From positions 32,001 through 96,000 of IMG/VR virus record IMGVR_UViG_3300020190_000007: a stretch of 64,000 nucleotides of DNA; one strand, 5' to 3'. The notes under the pieces were generated by a model, which saw only the letters and a program-made list of their open reading frames with translations, had not been told where the DNA came from and ran no database searches. Below are positions 1 through 12,761 of the stretch, piece after piece. Each line of letters opens with the position of its first letter. The first letter of the stretch is position 1. Origin of the DNA: a virus. The translations under genes and the position numbers were made by a program.

Positions 1-1
1 G

Positions 2-3000
2 TGTAACAGAACTTGTAGGGGTTACGGATGGTGTTCTACTTGGCGTAACACTCGGTGTAACAGAACTTGTAGGGGTTACTGAAGGAGTAACACTCGGAGT
101 TACTGATGGTGTAACAGAACTTGTAGGTGTAACAGATGGTGTTCTACTTGGCGTAACACTCGGTGTAACAGAAGGTGTAACAGAACTTGTAGGTGTAACA
201 GATGGTGTAACACTTGGTGTTCTACTTGGCGTAACACTCGGTGTAACAGAACTTGTAGGAGTTACAGATGGTGTTCTACTTGGCGTAACACTCGGTGTAA
301 CAGAACTTGTAGGGGTTACGGATGGTGTAACAGATGGTGTAACTGATGGAGTAACTGAACTAGTTGGGGTGACGGATGGTGTTCTACTTGGTGTCACCGA
401 TGGAGTAACGCTTGATGTGGGTGTTAATGATGGAGTAACAGATGGTGTTCTTGACGGTGTGATGGAAGGTGTAACAGAACTAGTTGGTGTGATAGATGGT
501 GTAACACTTGGTGTAACCGAAGGTGTAACACTTGGTGTAACAGAACTTGTAGGTGTAACTGAAGGTGTTACGGATGGGGTAACACTTGGTGTAACAGAAC
601 TAGTTGGTGTGATAGATGGTGTAACACTTGGTGTTCTTGACGGTGTAACAGAACTTGTAGGTGTTACTGAAGGTGTTACTGAAGGTGTAACACTTGGTGT
701 GACAGAACTAGTAGGAGTTACTGATGGTGTAACTGAAGGGGTAACACTTGGTGTTCTACTTGGTGTAACAGAACTTGTAGGTGTAACTGAAGGTGTTACA
801 GATGGTGTAACACTTGGAGTTACTGAACTAGTAGGTGTAACACTTGGTGTTCTACTTGGTGTAACAGATGGTGTAACAGAACTTGTAGGTGTTACTGAAG
901 GTGTTACTGAAGGTGTAACACTTGGTGTGACAGACGGAGTTACCGATGGTGTAACTGAAGGTGTTATGCTCGGAGTTACGGAAGGTGTTACAGAACTTGT
1001 AGGTGTTACAGATGGTGTTCTACTTGGGGTAACGGATGGTGTAACAGATGGTGTAACAGATGGTGTGACACTTGGTGTTACCGATGGTGTTACCGATGGT
1101 GTAACACTAGATGTTGGTGTAACACTTGGTGTTCTTGATGGTGTGATTGACGGTGTTACCGAACTAGTAGCAGTAACTGAAGGTGTAACACTTGGAGTCA
1201 CGGATGGGGTTACTGAACTAGTTGGTGTAACGGAAGGTGTTCTTGACGGTGTGATAGATGGGGTTACACTCGATGTTGGTGTGATAGATGGAGTAACAGA
1301 TGGAGTAACAGATGGAGTTACTGAACTACTTGGTGTTACTGATGGTGTAACACTTGGTGTAACCGATGGAGTTACTGAACTAGTGGGGGTTACTGAAGGA
1401 GTTCTTGAAGGTGTAATAGAAGGTGTAACGCTTGATGTTGGTGTAACTGATGGGGTAACTGATGGGGTAACACTCGGAGTAATAGAACTAGTTGGTGTAA
1501 CGGATGGGGTAACTGATGGAGTTACTGATGGAGTTACTGAACTACTCGGTGTTACCGACGGAGTAACTGAAGGAGTAACACTTGGTGTTCTTGATGGTGT
1601 TACCGACGGAGTGATTGATGGGGTTACCGACGGAGTGATTGATGGGGTTACAGAAGATGTTGGTGTAACTGATGGTGTGACACTTGGCGTAACTGATGGT
1701 GTGACAGAACTTGTAGGAGTTACTGAAGGAGTTCTTGAAGGTGTAATAGAGGGTGTAACGCTTGATGTTATTGATGGTGTTACTGATGATGTGACACTCG
1801 GAGTAACCGAAGGTGTAACTGAACTGGTTGGTGTCACCGATGGTGTAATAGATGGGGTAACTGATGGAGTTACAGAAGGTGTAACTGATGGTGTAACACT
1901 CGGAGTTTTACTTGGTGTGATAGATGGTGTAACACTAGATGTTGGTGTAACTGATGGTGTAACAGATGGTGTAACACTTGGAGTTACAGAAGATGTTGGT
2001 GTCACCGATGGTGTAACACTTGGTGTAACTGAACTTGTTGGGGTAACAGATGGTGTCACTGATGGAGTGACTGACGGGGTTACCGAAGCGGTTACTGATG
2101 GTGTAACAGAAGGTGTTCTACTTGGTGTAATAGATGGTGTGACAGAACTAGTGGGTGTGATTGATGGTGTTATAGAGGGTGTTACCGAACTTGTTGGAGT
2201 TACAGATGGTGTTACGGATGGTGTTATTGATGGTGTTACAGAAGATGTCGGTGTAATTGATGGTGTGACACTCGGAGTTACAGATGGTGTTATAGATGGA
2301 GTAACGCTTGGTGTAACTGAAGGTGTAACAGATGGAGTTACAGAACTAGTAGGTGTAATTGATGGTGTAACCGAAGGTGTAACCGAAGGTGTTACGGAAC
2401 TTGTAGGTGTGACACTCGGAGTTACAGATGGTGTAACTGATGGTGTGACGCTCGGTGTAACAGATGGTGTTCTACTTGGTGTTATAGATGGGGTAACTGA
2501 AGATGTCGGCGTAACTGATGGTGTGACACTTGGAGTCACGGATGGAGTAACGGAACTTGTTGGAGTAACGGATGGTGTAACTGATGGTGTAACAGAACTA
2601 GTAGGGGTGATAGATGGTGTTACTGATGGAGTTACAGATGGGGTAACAGAACTGGTAGGTGTTACCGATGGTGTAACACTTGGCGTAACTGATGGTGTTT
2701 TACTTGGTGTAACAGATGGAGTTACAGATGGTGTGATACTCGGAGTGATTGACGGTGTTACCGAACTTGTTGGAGTAACAGATGGTGTTCTACTTGGTGT
2801 TACAGATGGTGTAACAGATGGTGTTACAGATGGGGTAACGGATGGGGTAACTGAAGGCGTTACGCTCGGGGTTACTGAACTTGTAGCGGTAACCGATGGT
2901 GTTATACTTGGAGTTACGGATGGGGTTACAGAACTTGTAGGTGTCACCGACGGAGTAACTGACGGTGTCACGCTTGGTGTAACTGATGGTGTAACACTTG

Positions 3001-6000
3001 GAGTCACTGATGGTGTTACAGATGGTGTAACACTTGGAGTTACTGAACTAGTAGGTGTAACCGATGGTGTTATACTTGGAGTTACGGATGGAGTTACAGA
3101 ACTTGTTGGAGTTACAGACGGAGTAACTGACGGTGTTACAGATGGTGTGATAGATGGTGTAACACTTGCGGTAACAGAAGGTGTTCTACTTGGTGTTATA
3201 GATGGTGTAACAGAACTAGTAGGTGTAACCGACGGAGTTACAGATGGTGTAACAGATGGTGTTACTGAACTAGTAGGTGTTATTGATGGTGTTATAGACG
3301 GTGTTACCGATGGAGTTACACTTGAAGTTGGAGTTACTGATGGCGTTACTGATGGTGTTACAGATGGTGTGACTGATGATGTTGGAGTGACTGAGGGTGT
3401 AACAGATGGTGTAACACTAGATGTAACTGATGGTGTGACACTCGGAGTAACTGAAGGGGTAACAGATGGAGTAATAGATGGAGTTACAGACGATGTTGGA
3501 GTAACACTCGGAGTTACAGACGGTGTTACCGATGGAGTAACTGAACTAGTGGGCGTTACCGATGGTGTGACACTAGGTGTAATCGATGAAGTAACTGATG
3601 GGGTTACAGAAGGGGTTACAGAAGGGGTTACAGAAGGGGTTACAGAAGGGGTTACGCTCGGTGTAACTGAAGATGTTGGCGTAACCGATGGTGTGGTACT
3701 TGGGGTAACTGATGGTGTAACTGACGATGTAACACTAGGTGTAACTGATGGTGTGACACTCGGAGTAACTGAAGGGGTAACACTTGGGGTTACTGAACTT
3801 GTTGGAGTCACCGATGGTGTTATACTTGGAGTTACGGATGGGGTTACGGATGATGTCGGTGTTACTGATGGGGTGATAGAAGGTGTGACAGATGGGGTTA
3901 CGGAACTAGTTGGTGTGACACTCGGAGTTACACTTGGGGTCACCGAGCTGGTTACTGACGGTGTTACAGAAGAAGTTACAGATGGTGTAACTGATGGTGT
4001 TATTGATGGTGTTACAGAACTAGTAGGTGTAACTGATGGGGTGATAGATGGGGTAACACTTGGCGTAACAGAACTAGTTGGTGTAATTGAAGGAGTTACT
4101 GAAGGAGTTACTGAAGGAGTTACTGATGGAGTTACTGAACTAGTAGGAGTGACAGAGGGTGTTACTGATGGAGTTACAGATGGGGTAACACTTGGTGTAA
4201 CAGAACTGGTGGGAGTGACAGAGGGCGTTACAGAGGGTGTTACTGATGGAGTTACTGATGGGGTAACACTTGGTGTAACAGAACTAGTAGGTGTAACGGA
4301 AGGTGTAACAGATGGTGTTACACTTGGTGTAACCGATGGTGTAACCGATGAAGTGGGAGTTACTGATGGTGTAACACTTGGTGTAACAGAACTAGTAGGT
4401 GTAACGGAAGGTGTAACACTAGCAGTTACTGAAGGTGTAACAGAACTAGTTGGGGTCACTGACGGAGTAACACTTGGAGTCACCGAAGGTGTAACAGAAC
4501 TAGTAGGAGTTACAGAGGGTGTTACTGATGGAGTTACGGATGGAGTTACAGATGAAGTAGGAGTTATTGATGGTGTAATAGATGGGGTAACACTTGGTGT
4601 AACAGAACTAGTGGGTGTAACGGAAGGTGTAACAGATGGTGTTACACTTGGTGTAATGGAACTAGTAGGAGTTACAGAGGGTGTTTCAGATGGTGTAACA
4701 GAAGGTGTAACAGATGGTGTAACACTTGATGTTGGTGTTACTGATGGTGTAACGCTTGGTGTAACGGACGGTGTAACTGATGATGTTGGTGTTACACTTG
4801 GTGTAACGGAAGGTGTAACGCTTGGTGTAATAGAACTCGTAGGAGTTACAGATGGGGTTATTGATGGTGTAACAGATGGGGTTACAGACGATGTGGGTGT
4901 GATAGAAGGGGTAACGCTCGCGGTCACCGATGGTGTAACTGAACTAGTGGGGGTTACTGATGGTGTAACACTCGGAGTTACTGAGGGTGTGACAGATGGG
5001 GTAACACTTGATGTAGGTGTTAGTGATGGTGTAATAGAAGGTGTAACACTTGGTGTAACAGATGGTGTGGTAGATGGGGTGACAGAACTTGTCGGTGTAA
5101 CACTTGGTGTAAGACTTGGGGTTACTGAAGGAGTAATCGATGATGTTGGTGTTACTGATGGAGTTACGGATGGTGTAACAGATGGTGTAACAGAACTTGT
5201 TGGGGTGATACTAGAAGTTACTGATGGTGTTACCGAGCTGGTTACTGACGGTGTTACAGATGGTGTCACGCTCGGTGTTACGGAAGGTGTCACAGAACTA
5301 GTTGGTGTAACACTTGGTGTAACAGAAGGTGTTACTGATGGCGTAACAGAGGATGTAGGGGTTACAGATGGTGTAACACTCGGAGTTACTGAAGGAGTAA
5401 TCGATGATGTTGGTGTAACACTCGGTGTAACACTTGGTGTTTCAGATGGTGTAACACTCGGTGTAACTGAACTTGTAGGTGTTACTGATGGTGTAACAGA
5501 TGGTGTAATAGACGGTGTTACCGAACTAGTGGGGGTTACTGATGGAGTTACGGATGGCGTAACAGATGGTGTAACTGATGATGTTGGTGTTATACTTGGT
5601 GTGACCGACGGTGTAACTGATGGAGTTACAGAACTAGTAGGTGTTATTGATGGTGTTATAGACGGTGTTATTGAACTAGTAGGTGTTACTGATGGTGTAA
5701 CAGACGGTGTAACAGACGGTGTTACGGAACTAGTAGGTGTAACAGATGGTGTAACGCTTGGTGTGACCGATGGTGTGACAGAACTAGTGGGAGTTACAGA
5801 AGGTGTAACTGACGGAGTGACCGATGGTGTAACAGAACTAGTAGGGGTCACCGATGGTGTTTCAGATGGTGTGACTGAACTAGTTGGTGTCACACTAGGA
5901 GTTACTGAAGGTGTTATACTTGGTGTCACAGAAGACGTTGGTGTAACGGAAGGTGTGATGCTTGGTGTAACAGACGGTGTTACTGAACTAGTAGGTGTAA

Positions 6001-7303
6001 CAGATGGTGTAACACTTGGTGTAACACTCGGAGTTACTGAAGGAGTAATCGATGATGTTGGTGTAACACTCGGTGTAACACTTGGTGTTTCAGATGGTGT
6101 AACACTCGGTGTAACTGAACTTGTAGGTGTTACTGATGGTGTAACAGATGGTGTGACTGAACTGGTTGGAGTTACTGATGGTGTAACAGACGGTGTAACA
6201 GACGGTGTAACAGAACTAGTTGGAGTCACAGAAGGTGTTACGCTAGGTGTTTCAGATGGGGTTACAGAACTAGTTGGTGTAACGGAAGGTGTAACACTTG
6301 GTGTAATAGATGGTGTAATAGAACTAGTGGGAGTCACAGAAGGTGTTACGCTAGGTGTTTCAGATGGTGTAACGGAACTAGTGGGAGTTACTGATGGTGT
6401 AACAGAAGGTGTTACCGATGGTGTTACGGAACTAGTGGGAGTTACAGATGGTGTTTCAGATGGTGTAACAGAAGGTGTAACGCTCGGAGTTATTGACGAT
6501 GTTGGAGTAATTGAGGGTGTAACACTTGGAGTTATTGAAGGAGTTACCGACGATGTTGGTGTTACAGATGGGGTAACACTTGGTGTTTCAGATGGTGTAA
6601 CACTTGGTGTAACTGAACTAGTCGGGGTTACAGAAGGTGTTTCAGATGGGGTAATAGATGGTGTAGCACTTGGTGTAACAGAACTAGTTGGTGTAACAGA
6701 TGGTGTTACACTCGGTGTAACCGAAGGTGTAACAGAAGATGTAGGAGTTACAGAAGGTGTAACACTTGGTGTAACCGATGGTGTAACTGAACTAGTAGGT
6801 GTTACTGATGGTGTTTCAGATGGTGTAACACTTGGTGTAACTGAACTAGTTGGAGTTACAGAAGGTGTTTCAGACGGGGTAATAGACGGTGTAACACTTG
6901 GTGTAACAGAACTAGTAGGTGTTACTGATGGTGTAACAGAGGGTGTTACACTTGGTGTAATGGAACTAGTAGGTGTTACAGATGGTGTAACAGAGGGTGT
7001 TACTGATGGTGTAACACTTGGTGTAACCGATGATGTTGGTGTTACTGATGGAGTTACTGATGGTGTAACACTTGGTGTTATTGAACTAGTAGGAGTTACA
7101 GAAGGTGTAAGTGATGGGGTGATGGAAGACGTGGGGGTTACTGATGGTGTTTTAGATGGTGTGATACTCGGAGTTACGGATGGTGTAACACTTGGTGTAA
7201 CTGAACTAGTGGGTGTAACACTTGGTGTTCTACTTGGTGTAACAGAAGGTGTTACTGATGGTGTTTGTGTTAATGTTGGTGTAGGTGTGGGTGAAGGAGT
7301 GGG
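2..7303 (-). repeat. Degenerate coding tandem repeat of 12-nt (TPSV) and 18-nt (TPTSSV) units, about 2430 codons
   Basis: Plus strand is (ggtgtaacagat)-like and (ggtgtaacagaacttgta)-like units with heavy third-position variation. Confidence 0.97.
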
Positions 7304-7498
7304 ACAAGGAATTTCAGCCACACAGGTTTTATCCAGTGATGGAAAATAAATTGAGTAAGTACCTAAATAATAGTTTGTTTCGTAATAATATGGCATTAGG
7401 ACGGAACCTAAATTTATGGTACCGCCAGTACAAGGATAAAATGTAATGTCACCGATTTCCTCATTAAAATTACCCGCGTTTATTTTTATTAATGCCAT
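2..7498 (-). CDS. Giant Ser/Thr/Pro/Val-rich mucin-like repeat protein, >=2499 aa, 3' end beyond the left edge; probable virion fibre/decoration protein
   Basis: ATG at 7498 reads [94 protein letters not shown]...; no stop down to position 2; same strand as the upstream structural genes; Ser alternates TCN/AGY on this strand. Missed by the ORF track because there is no stop in the window. Confidence 0.92.
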   Translation of the reverse strand, partial: MALIKINAGNFNEEIGDITFYPCTGGTINLGSVLMPYYYETNYYLGTYSIYFPSLDKTCVAEIPCPTPSPTPTPTLTQTPSVTPSVTPSRTPSVTPTSSVTPSVTPSVTPSITPSKTPSVTPTSSITPSLTPSVTPTSSITPSVTPSVTPSVTPTSSVTPSVTPSVTPSVTPSVTPTSSITPSVTPSVTPSVTPTSSVTPSVTPSITPSETPSVTPTSSVTPSVTPSETPSVTPTSSVTPSVTPSVTPSVTPTSSVTPSVTPSVTPSVTPTSSVTPSATPSITPSETPSVTPTSSVTPSVTPSETPSVTPSVTPTSSVTPSITPSVTPSITPTSSITPSVTPSVTPSETPSVTPTSSVTPSVTPSVTPSVTPTSSVTPSETPSVTPSVTPTSSITPSITPSVTPSVTPTSSVTPSETPSVTPSVTPTSSVTPSVTPSVTPSVTPTSSVTPSVTPSVTPTSSVTPSVTPSETPSVTPSVTPTSSITPSVTPSVTPSVTPSVTPTSSVTPSVTPSITPSVTPTSSVTPSITPSVTPSVTPTSSVTPSETPSVTPTSSVTPSVTPSVTPSVTPTSSVTPSVTPSVTPSVTPTSSVTPSVTPSVTPSVTPTSSITPSITPSITPTSSVTPSVTPSVTPSITPTSSVTPSVTPSVTPSVTPTSSVTPSITPSVTPSVTPTSSVTPSVTPSETPSVTPSVTPTSSITPSVTPSVTPSVTPTSSVTPSVTPSVTPSVTPTSSVTPSVTPSVTPSVTPSVTSSVTPSVTSSITPTSSVTPSVTPSVTPSVTPTSSITPSVTPSLTPSVTPTSSVTPSTTPSVTPSVTPSITPSLTPTSSVTPSVTPSVTPSVTPSVTPTSSVTPSVTASVTPSITPTSSVTPSVTPSITPSVTPTSSITPSVTPSVTPSVTPTSSVTPSVTPSVTPSVTPTSSVTPSVTPSVTPSETPSVTPTSSITPSVTPSVTPSVTPTSSVTPSVTPSITPSITPTSSVTPSVTPSVTPSVTPTSSVTPSVTPSVTPSVTPTSSVTPSVTASVTPSVTPTSSVTPSVTPSVTPTSSVTPSVTPSVTPSVTPSVTPTSSVTPSVTPSVTPSVTPSVTPSVTPTSSVTPSVTPSVTPSVTPSVTPTSSVTPSVTPSVTPSVTPSITPTSSVTPSVTPSITPSVTPTSSVTPSITPSVTPSVTSSVTPSVTSSVTPSVTPSVTPTSSVTPSVTPSITPSVTPTSSVTPSVTPSITPSVTPTSSVTPSVTPSVTPSVTPSVTPSVTSSVTPSVTPSTTPSVTPTSSVTPSVTPSVTPSVTPSVTPSVTPSVTSSITPSVTPSVTPTSSVTPSVTPSVTPSVTPTSSVTPSITPSVTPSVTPSVTPSVTSSVTPSVTPSVTPTSSVTPSVTPSVTPSVTPTSSVTPSVTPSITPSITPTSSVTPSVTPSVTPSVTPTSSVTPSITPSRTPSVTASVTPSITPSVTPSVTPSVTPTSSVTPSVTPSITPSVTPTSSVTPSVTPSVTPSVTPSVTPSVTPSVTPSVTPSVTPTSSVTPSVTPSITPSVTATSSVTPSVTPSVTPSVTPSVTPSVTPSVTPSRTPSVTPTSSVTPSITPSITPSVTPSVTPSKTPSVTPSVTPSVTPTSSVTPSVTPSVTPSITPTSSVTPSVTPSVTPTSSVTPSVTPSVTPSVTPTSSVTPSITPSRTPSVTPSVTPSVTPSVTPSVTPTSSVTPSVTPSVTPSITPTSSVTPSVTPSVTPSVTPSITPSVTPSVTPSITPTSSVTPSITPSVTPSVTPTSSVTPSITPSITPTSSVTPSITPSRTPSVTPSVTASVTPSVTPSVTPSVTPTSSVTPSVTPSVTPTSSVTPSVTPSVTPSVTPTSSVTPSITPSKTPSVTPSVTPSVTPSVTPSITPSVTPTSSVTPSVTPSVTSSVTPSITSSVTPSITPSRTPSVTPTSSVTPSVTPSVTPSVTPTSSVTPSITPSVTPSITPSVTPSRTPSVTPSVTPSVTPSSSVTPSVTPSVTPSVTPTSSITPSVTPSVTPSVTPTSSVTPSITPSRTPSVTPTSSVTPSVTPSVTPSVTPSSSVTPSVTPSVTPSITPTSSVTPSITPSRTPSVTPTSSVTPSVTPSVTPSVTATSSVTPSITPSRTPSVTPTSSVTPSVTPSVTPSVTPSVTPSVTPSVTPSRTPSVTPTSSVTPSVTPSITPSVTPSVTPSVTPSVTPSVTPSVTPTSSVTPSVTPSRTPSVTPTSSVTPSVTPSVTPSVTPTSSVTPSRTPSVTPSVTPSVTPTSSVTPSVTPSVTPSVTPTSSVTPSRTPSVTPSITPTSSVTPSVTPSVTPSVTPTSSVTPSVTPSVTPSVTPSITPTSSVTPSITPSRTPSVTPSLTPTSSVTPSVTPSRTPSVTPTSSVTPSVTPSVTPSVTPTSSVTPSVTPSRTPSVTPTSSVTPSVTPSRTPSVTPSVTPTSSVTPSVTPSVTPSRTPSVTPTSSVTPSVTPSVTPSVTPTSSVTPSVTPSRTPSVTPTSSVT

Positions 7499-7588
7499 TT
7501 AAATCTAAAGTCTTATCTATATCTATTTTTACTATAAAAATATATTTATTTATTTGGGTATTGTCAACGTCTATTTTTACAGTTTTTA

Positions 7589-10500
7589 TCATGGACAATC
7601 AAAAATGGAACTACTTAATTCCTCATTAGTTGGTTCTGTAGGACAATGGTTGGCATCGATATAATATTGACCGAGGTTGAATCCAATATTTGGATGTTTA
7701 TCATATTTGTGTTTCATCAGAATTTTGTCACTGTTGTTTCCGTTAAAAACAACAACAAATTCATCATCTATTGGTGTATTGTCTAATTCAAAGTTTAGAT
7801 TGAAGTATAATCCTGTATCGCAATAATTTAAATCGACATCAATTACTTCTATGGTTTCACCATATTTGTTTATTAAATAATCTCCGTGATTGTATAATTC
7901 TTTCGGATGGTCGCAACAAGGTTCAATAAAATCTATTGGTTTTTTCTGTAATTCCTCAGGAAATCTGTCGTCAAAAAAGTAAACACTATTTGTTGGTGTC
8001 CCAAAATTTTCAATAATTCTATTTGTATAAACTCTTAGTTGTGTTGTTGGTAAAACTTCAAAAACTTCATAGGTGTTATTTTGGGTCAATCCCGTGATAA
8101 TACTTTTCTTTATTGATGCTAAACATTCAATATCCGTGATTTCAAGTTTTTGATAGTTGTACGTAAATGAATATCCTGATACAGGACCATTAACAATTTG
8201 TTGGTGACTATATTCTGTACATTGTTTATATGAAGCGGATAAAACATATTCCCCAACATTTAAATCACAAACACTTTTACCACTTATCGTACCACCACTA
8301 ATATAACTTTCAATATTACTATCGGTTGTTTGGTCATCAATGGTTAACCCACTATTAACCACCAAAACAATAGAGTCACATTTTAGCCCATAGTTAAAGT
8401 TTGATTTGTATTGTACTTTTGGTTGTATAGTATAACCCGTGTAATTGTCACAGTATGTTGCACCTGAAACAACTGAAATTGGTGAAGCGATTGTTCCTTG
8501 GTAACCAACAATACTGAATAACTCTACGTGACTCTTTCCTGATGGTGTTGGACATGGGTCATGTTCAATTTTGGGTTGTAGACCTTCTATTTTGAATTTT
8601 ACTTCTTTATTCGCAGCATCTACAATATTGAAATCTATTACATCATTTTCTGAAACACCAGTTAATTTGTATACACAATCACTAACTTTTTGAATGTGAA
8701 CATCCGCATTTTCATTTGTTCCACTCACACAGTTAGCATAAATGTTAAATGGCCATGTTGAACCTTGTTGAATTCCTGTTTTATACCCAATTACCTCAAA
8801 AAATACATCACTTACTAAAGTGCACCCACTATTTGAGTCACAGTAAACGGTATTATCAGTATAAACTTTAACACTGATTCCATGTGTATTTTTTGTAATT
8901 TTATAATCAGCATCAAATCGATAATCAAAATAGTCAACCACCGAACATTCGTTTGGTCCTAATTTTACGGATGAAAACTTAACTTTTTCGACACCATTTT
9001 CATCAGTGTATGTTGTGTATTTTATTAATGGTATTGTTTCTGAAAAATATGTTTGACCAGTGGTTCCCGTGAAAGCGGAATAGGGTTCATATCCCGCGCT
9101 ATTTCTTGTAATAGTTACGTCATCAATCAATACAGATAATGCCGATAACCATAATTCTTTAATTTTAGTAACATCAGGTTCAAGATAATCTTTATAATCA
9201 CATATTAAGGAAAGATTTACAGTATCACCACTTGTTACACCACTCGTACATCCTGTAAATGGTTGTGCGTCAAATAATTTTGCACTATTTGAAGTGTTAC
9301 TTGTTCCACTAACAATTACATACATGGAAGATGTTAGTCCTGTGTAATTAGCACCACCATAAACTGTTCCGTCAATTTCAATTACCGGATAATAAGTAAC
9401 ACCGGTAAGGTTTATTAAACCTCTGAAATTATTTTCTTCGCCTAAAATGTTTTCTAAATCTTCTTCGATTACGTTTTCAAAATCAGGGTATAATTCCTCG
9501 ATAAATTCTAATGGTTGGCAATCATATCTATATTGATATTTTGGTCTACCAAAAACGTTATTTTCAATTAAATTACCACCAGTCCATTGAGTGGTTGATG
9601 GTACTAATTGTTCTACTAATTGTGGCCAATATGGAGATAATTTATTTACAAATTCAGTGACATTTATTTGGTTATATGGTGTGAAACCTGTGGTTTGTGA
9701 AATATAATCTCTATAAACATCCTCTAACTGTATATAATTTTTATTGTAACGAATTTTGTTTGAATTAGTTACAAGACTATGAATAAATGTGTCTAAAAAT
9801 TCAGCAAAAGTTTTACCTGTTTGAGGTAATAAAGTATTTGTACCAAAACTTATTAATAATTCTCTACTTTGTCTAAATATATCATAATCTATACCTCGTG
9901 ATGGTGAGATATAAATTCCAATATTTTTTCTATTTAAAATTAATAAATAATCATCTTCAATTGGTTTTCCGTCTTTATTATCAACAGCAGACACCAATTC
10001 ATAACCTGTATCTAAACCCGGTAATGTTCTATATAAATCAAAATATTCTTCTCCGTATGTATAGTTTTTATTCTTTGTTTTAATTGTTTTAGTGTTACCC
10101 GTCAATATTGAGTTACTACTATCTAAAACAAGTGGAGAACGATGTGATAATGTAATATCGTACCATCCTGAACCTTTACCAAAGAAAATGTTTTCAGTTT
10201 CATTATATGCTCTTCTTGGTAGTCCAGTTTTTTCGTCTACGGGGTAACCCTCTCTATCAAATGTTGTTGATGCTGAGTAGTAAACTTTAGAGTATGTGTA
10301 ACCTGTGCTGTCAAAAGTTGCATAGGAATATCTTTTACTACCTTGAATCGCGTCGTATATATCTTGTTGTAAATTAAAACTAGACGGTATCGATGTGACT
10401 TTATAAATATACTCATCGATTCTAATTAAAGGTTCTGGTGCTCCTAAAAATTTCAAAAAGAAATCAATAGAAGATTTTGTTCCTTTTGATTTATAAATGT

Positions 10501-11833
10501 GTGCGAGATTTATTAATAATCTTCGATAAAACTCATATTCAGATTCAATTAAATTAGTGCCGGTTGACACACCGTCATAGTTTGATTGTAACCTTGAATA
10601 TAAAACATCATTTAAGCTATTCTCATCAAATAAATTTAATGTAGATAAACCTAAATTTTCTGATAAATTCTTTAAAAGTACATCGGGTAGATTATTAATA
10701 CCATCATAACTTACATTTCTCATTTGAGCTATGTTGTCTATATACTTCTTTACACTATCAAAACTTTGTCCGTATAGTTCAAATATACTTTCAGCCCTTT
10801 TATCTTCAGTATCAAATTCAAATAATTGTGGCGCAGCTAAAAATCTGACCATCAAATTAGATTTGTATCCATCTATTTCATCAGCAATGTCTTTTAATTT
10901 ACTAACGTATAAATCGAAATAAAACCCTGTTATTTCTATATTGTAACCATCTTCAGATATTGGCCAAGTTATTACCACATCAACCAAAGATGTTTTTGAA
11001 TTATCTTCAACATCTTTAGGTACTTTAAATGAAGAGGTATAAATTGGATTTGTGTCTCTATTTAAAAGTGATTCTTCTAAATCATCTAATCCTTCAAAAA
11101 ATTCTTCAACTAAACCATCATTTGGTCTTATTAATAAGTTTTCTGAATATGTTGTACCAGTAAATGGTTGTCCATATACTTTTAAGTAAATTCTGTTGTT
11201 TATATTTGGTTCAATATAATCTAAAATTGGATATGATGTGTTATTGGTAATAACAACATATTTTGTATATGACGAATAAAAATTTCTTAATTCGTTTTCA
11301 GTTTCTGGTTTAACCACAGAATTAGGTTCTATAAAAACTAAATTAAACGGATTAAATATTTTGCTTCTTTCAATGTAAAAAGTAGTGGTGTTGGTGCTAT
11401 CATTATATGTTATTCCACTAGCACTAAAATTAGAAACACCAATAGGGGTGTCTGATAAAATCGAAATTGCACCCGGAAACTTATTAATAATTCGAGTTAG
11501 TGAAACTAAAATTCTATCTGTTAATGAACCAAATAAAGATTTATCGGCATATTTTTTGTTACCCTTAAATCTTACTTCGTCAGTTCTTTTTTTTGAAGGT
11601 TTTACAGATGTTGTTTGAATACCTTCAACTTCCTTTAACGTATCTAATGTTAAAAATTGAGAGAATGGATTACTTGTAAAATTTTTAGAATCTTTATCAG
11701 GAATAGACTTATCAAGCGCAAATACGGTGTTAGTTAGTGCAGATGAACCATCGGTTATCTGTCTACCAACTAAGAAATCATTAAATGTTTCAGCTCCGCT
11801 TGACGCTTGACTAGGTACTTTTCTCCTTGCCAT
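7589..11833 (-). CDS. Baseplate wedge/tail protein (P2 gpI / T4 gp7-like core) with Cys-rich beta-rich C-terminal region
   Basis: Motif LPDVLLKNLSENLGL...RRLLINLAHIYKSKGTKSSIDFFL resembles gpI/gp7-like wedge proteins; lies downstream of the gp25-gp6 block. Confidence 0.65.
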   Translation of the reverse strand: MARRKVPSQASSGAETFNDFLVGRQITDGSSALTNTVFALDKSIPDKDSKNFTSNPFSQFLTLDTLKEVEGIQTTSVKPSKKRTDEVRFKGNKKYADKSLFGSLTDRILVSLTRIINKFPGAISILSDTPIGVSNFSASGITYNDSTNTTTFYIERSKIFNPFNLVFIEPNSVVKPETENELRNFYSSYTKYVVITNNTSYPILDYIEPNINNRIYLKVYGQPFTGTTYSENLLIRPNDGLVEEFFEGLDDLEESLLNRDTNPIYTSSFKVPKDVEDNSKTSLVDVVITWPISEDGYNIEITGFYFDLYVSKLKDIADEIDGYKSNLMVRFLAAPQLFEFDTEDKRAESIFELYGQSFDSVKKYIDNIAQMRNVSYDGINNLPDVLLKNLSENLGLSTLNLFDENSLNDVLYSRLQSNYDGVSTGTNLIESEYEFYRRLLINLAHIYKSKGTKSSIDFFLKFLGAPEPLIRIDEYIYKVTSIPSSFNLQQDIYDAIQGSKRYSYATFDSTGYTYSKVYYSASTTFDREGYPVDEKTGLPRRAYNETENIFFGKGSGWYDITLSHRSPLVLDSSNSILTGNTKTIKTKNKNYTYGEEYFDLYRTLPGLDTGYELVSAVDNKDGKPIEDDYLLILNRKNIGIYISPSRGIDYDIFRQSRELLISFGTNTLLPQTGKTFAEFLDTFIHSLVTNSNKIRYNKNYIQLEDVYRDYISQTTGFTPYNQINVTEFVNKLSPYWPQLVEQLVPSTTQWTGGNLIENNVFGRPKYQYRYDCQPLEFIEELYPDFENVIEEDLENILGEENNFRGLINLTGVTYYPVIEIDGTVYGGANYTGLTSSMYVIVSGTSNTSNSAKLFDAQPFTGCTSGVTSGDTVNLSLICDYKDYLEPDVTKIKELWLSALSVLIDDVTITRNSAGYEPYSAFTGTTGQTYFSETIPLIKYTTYTDENGVEKVKFSSVKLGPNECSVVDYFDYRFDADYKITKNTHGISVKVYTDNTVYCDSNSGCTLVSDVFFEVIGYKTGIQQGSTWPFNIYANCVSGTNENADVHIQKVSDCVYKLTGVSENDVIDFNIVDAANKEVKFKIEGLQPKIEHDPCPTPSGKSHVELFSIVGYQGTIASPISVVSGATYCDNYTGYTIQPKVQYKSNFNYGLKCDSIVLVVNSGLTIDDQTTDSNIESYISGGTISGKSVCDLNVGEYVLSASYKQCTEYSHQQIVNGPVSGYSFTYNYQKLEITDIECLASIKKSIITGLTQNNTYEVFEVLPTTQLRVYTNRIIENFGTPTNSVYFFDDRFPEELQKKPIDFIEPCCDHPKELYNHGDYLINKYGETIEVIDVDLNYCDTGLYFNLNFELDNTPIDDEFVVVFNGNNSDKILMKHKYDKHPNIGFNLGQYYIDANHCPTEPTNEELSSSIFDCP

Positions 11834-12750
11834 TATTCTGTGATAGTATCAAAGTTTAAGGTTTCGTCTATATCACCCCTCTCCTCACGAATTTCATATA
11901 ATGTCTCATTAAATTCGTCTTTAACCTCGTAAAGATTGTATTGTCTATAGATGTTATTATTATTATCATAAATGGTATAGATACCTTGTGAAACCGCTTT
12001 GCTTTGATTACCATAAAGGGCGTGTGCTATGGTTGAAGCGTCGTGTTCAACCATTTCTACTTCAATTGTGGTAGGATTTAAAAATGTATTTGTTAATATA
12101 ATTTTTTGTGATGGTAAACCAATAAATGGAACCGTGTTTGGTTTATTTGTTGGTGCTGAAGATGGTGTTACTGTTAAAAACATTAAATTAGTTGCTTGTT
12201 CACTATACTGATATCTAATAGCTTTTTGTGATGTACTTGTTAAATTTGAAACAATAGGTGAGCAATAGAACGAAGATGTTACAATTCTATAAAAATTTGG
12301 AATTTTTTTATTGTCAGATGAATTAATATACTCAATTCTATACCCAACAAGTCCTTGTGGTGTAAATTTATTTCTATCATCAGCGGGAACATTGGATAAG
12401 TCAATAATCAATCCTCTAACTGAAGGTAGAGATGCTAAAATTCCACAATCGGTAATCGATGTTCTTATTTGTTTTGGTCTTATATGAAGTGTATACACGC
12501 CTAAATCCGCAAAATCATCCGCGGTTAATTTTAAATTGTATAATCCACCTAAGATTTCAACATTAGGTGCTGAAGTATCATCCGTAGTATTCGAATTGTG
12601 ATAAACAGGGGTTAATACTTCCGCTGAACTTAATTTCTTAAGAGTAACAGTCGAAGTGCTATTTCTATCCGCAACATAATGAAAATAAATTTCAACGTCT
12701 TCGGGTGACACATCTGATGGTCTAATTATACCGTAACTACCTACTGCCAT
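11833..12750 (-). CDS. Putative virion structural protein (baseplate region)
   Basis: 305-aa ORF, TAATG coupling to the next gene, TATTTAT motif upstream. Confidence 0.6.
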   Translation of the reverse strand: MAVGSYGIIRPSDVSPEDVEIYFHYVADRNSTSTVTLKKLSSAEVLTPVYHNSNTTDDTSAPNVEILGGLYNLKLTADDFADLGVYTLHIRPKQIRTSITDCGILASLPSVRGLIIDLSNVPADDRNKFTPQGLVGYRIEYINSSDNKKIPNFYRIVTSSFYCSPIVSNLTSTSQKAIRYQYSEQATNLMFLTVTPSSAPTNKPNTVPFIGLPSQKIILTNTFLNPTTIEVEMVEHDASTIAHALYGNQSKAVSQGIYTIYDNNNNIYRQYNLYEVKDEFNETLYEIREERGDIDETLNFDTITE

Positions 12751-12761
12751 GTTTTTTTATA

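Noticed and set aside
1-7303. Repeat array as CRISPR or non-coding satellite
   Set aside because: No repeat-spacer alternation; unit lengths are multiples of 3 and variation is largely synonymous, consistent with protein coding.
369-7349. 2326-aa plus-strand (GVTD)n ORF in the ORF track
   Set aside because: Antisense shadow. This frame stays open automatically because the minus-strand repeat has no Tyr and almost no His/Gln; the D/E to L swaps on plus are silent Ser codon switches on minus; all neighbouring genes are on minus.
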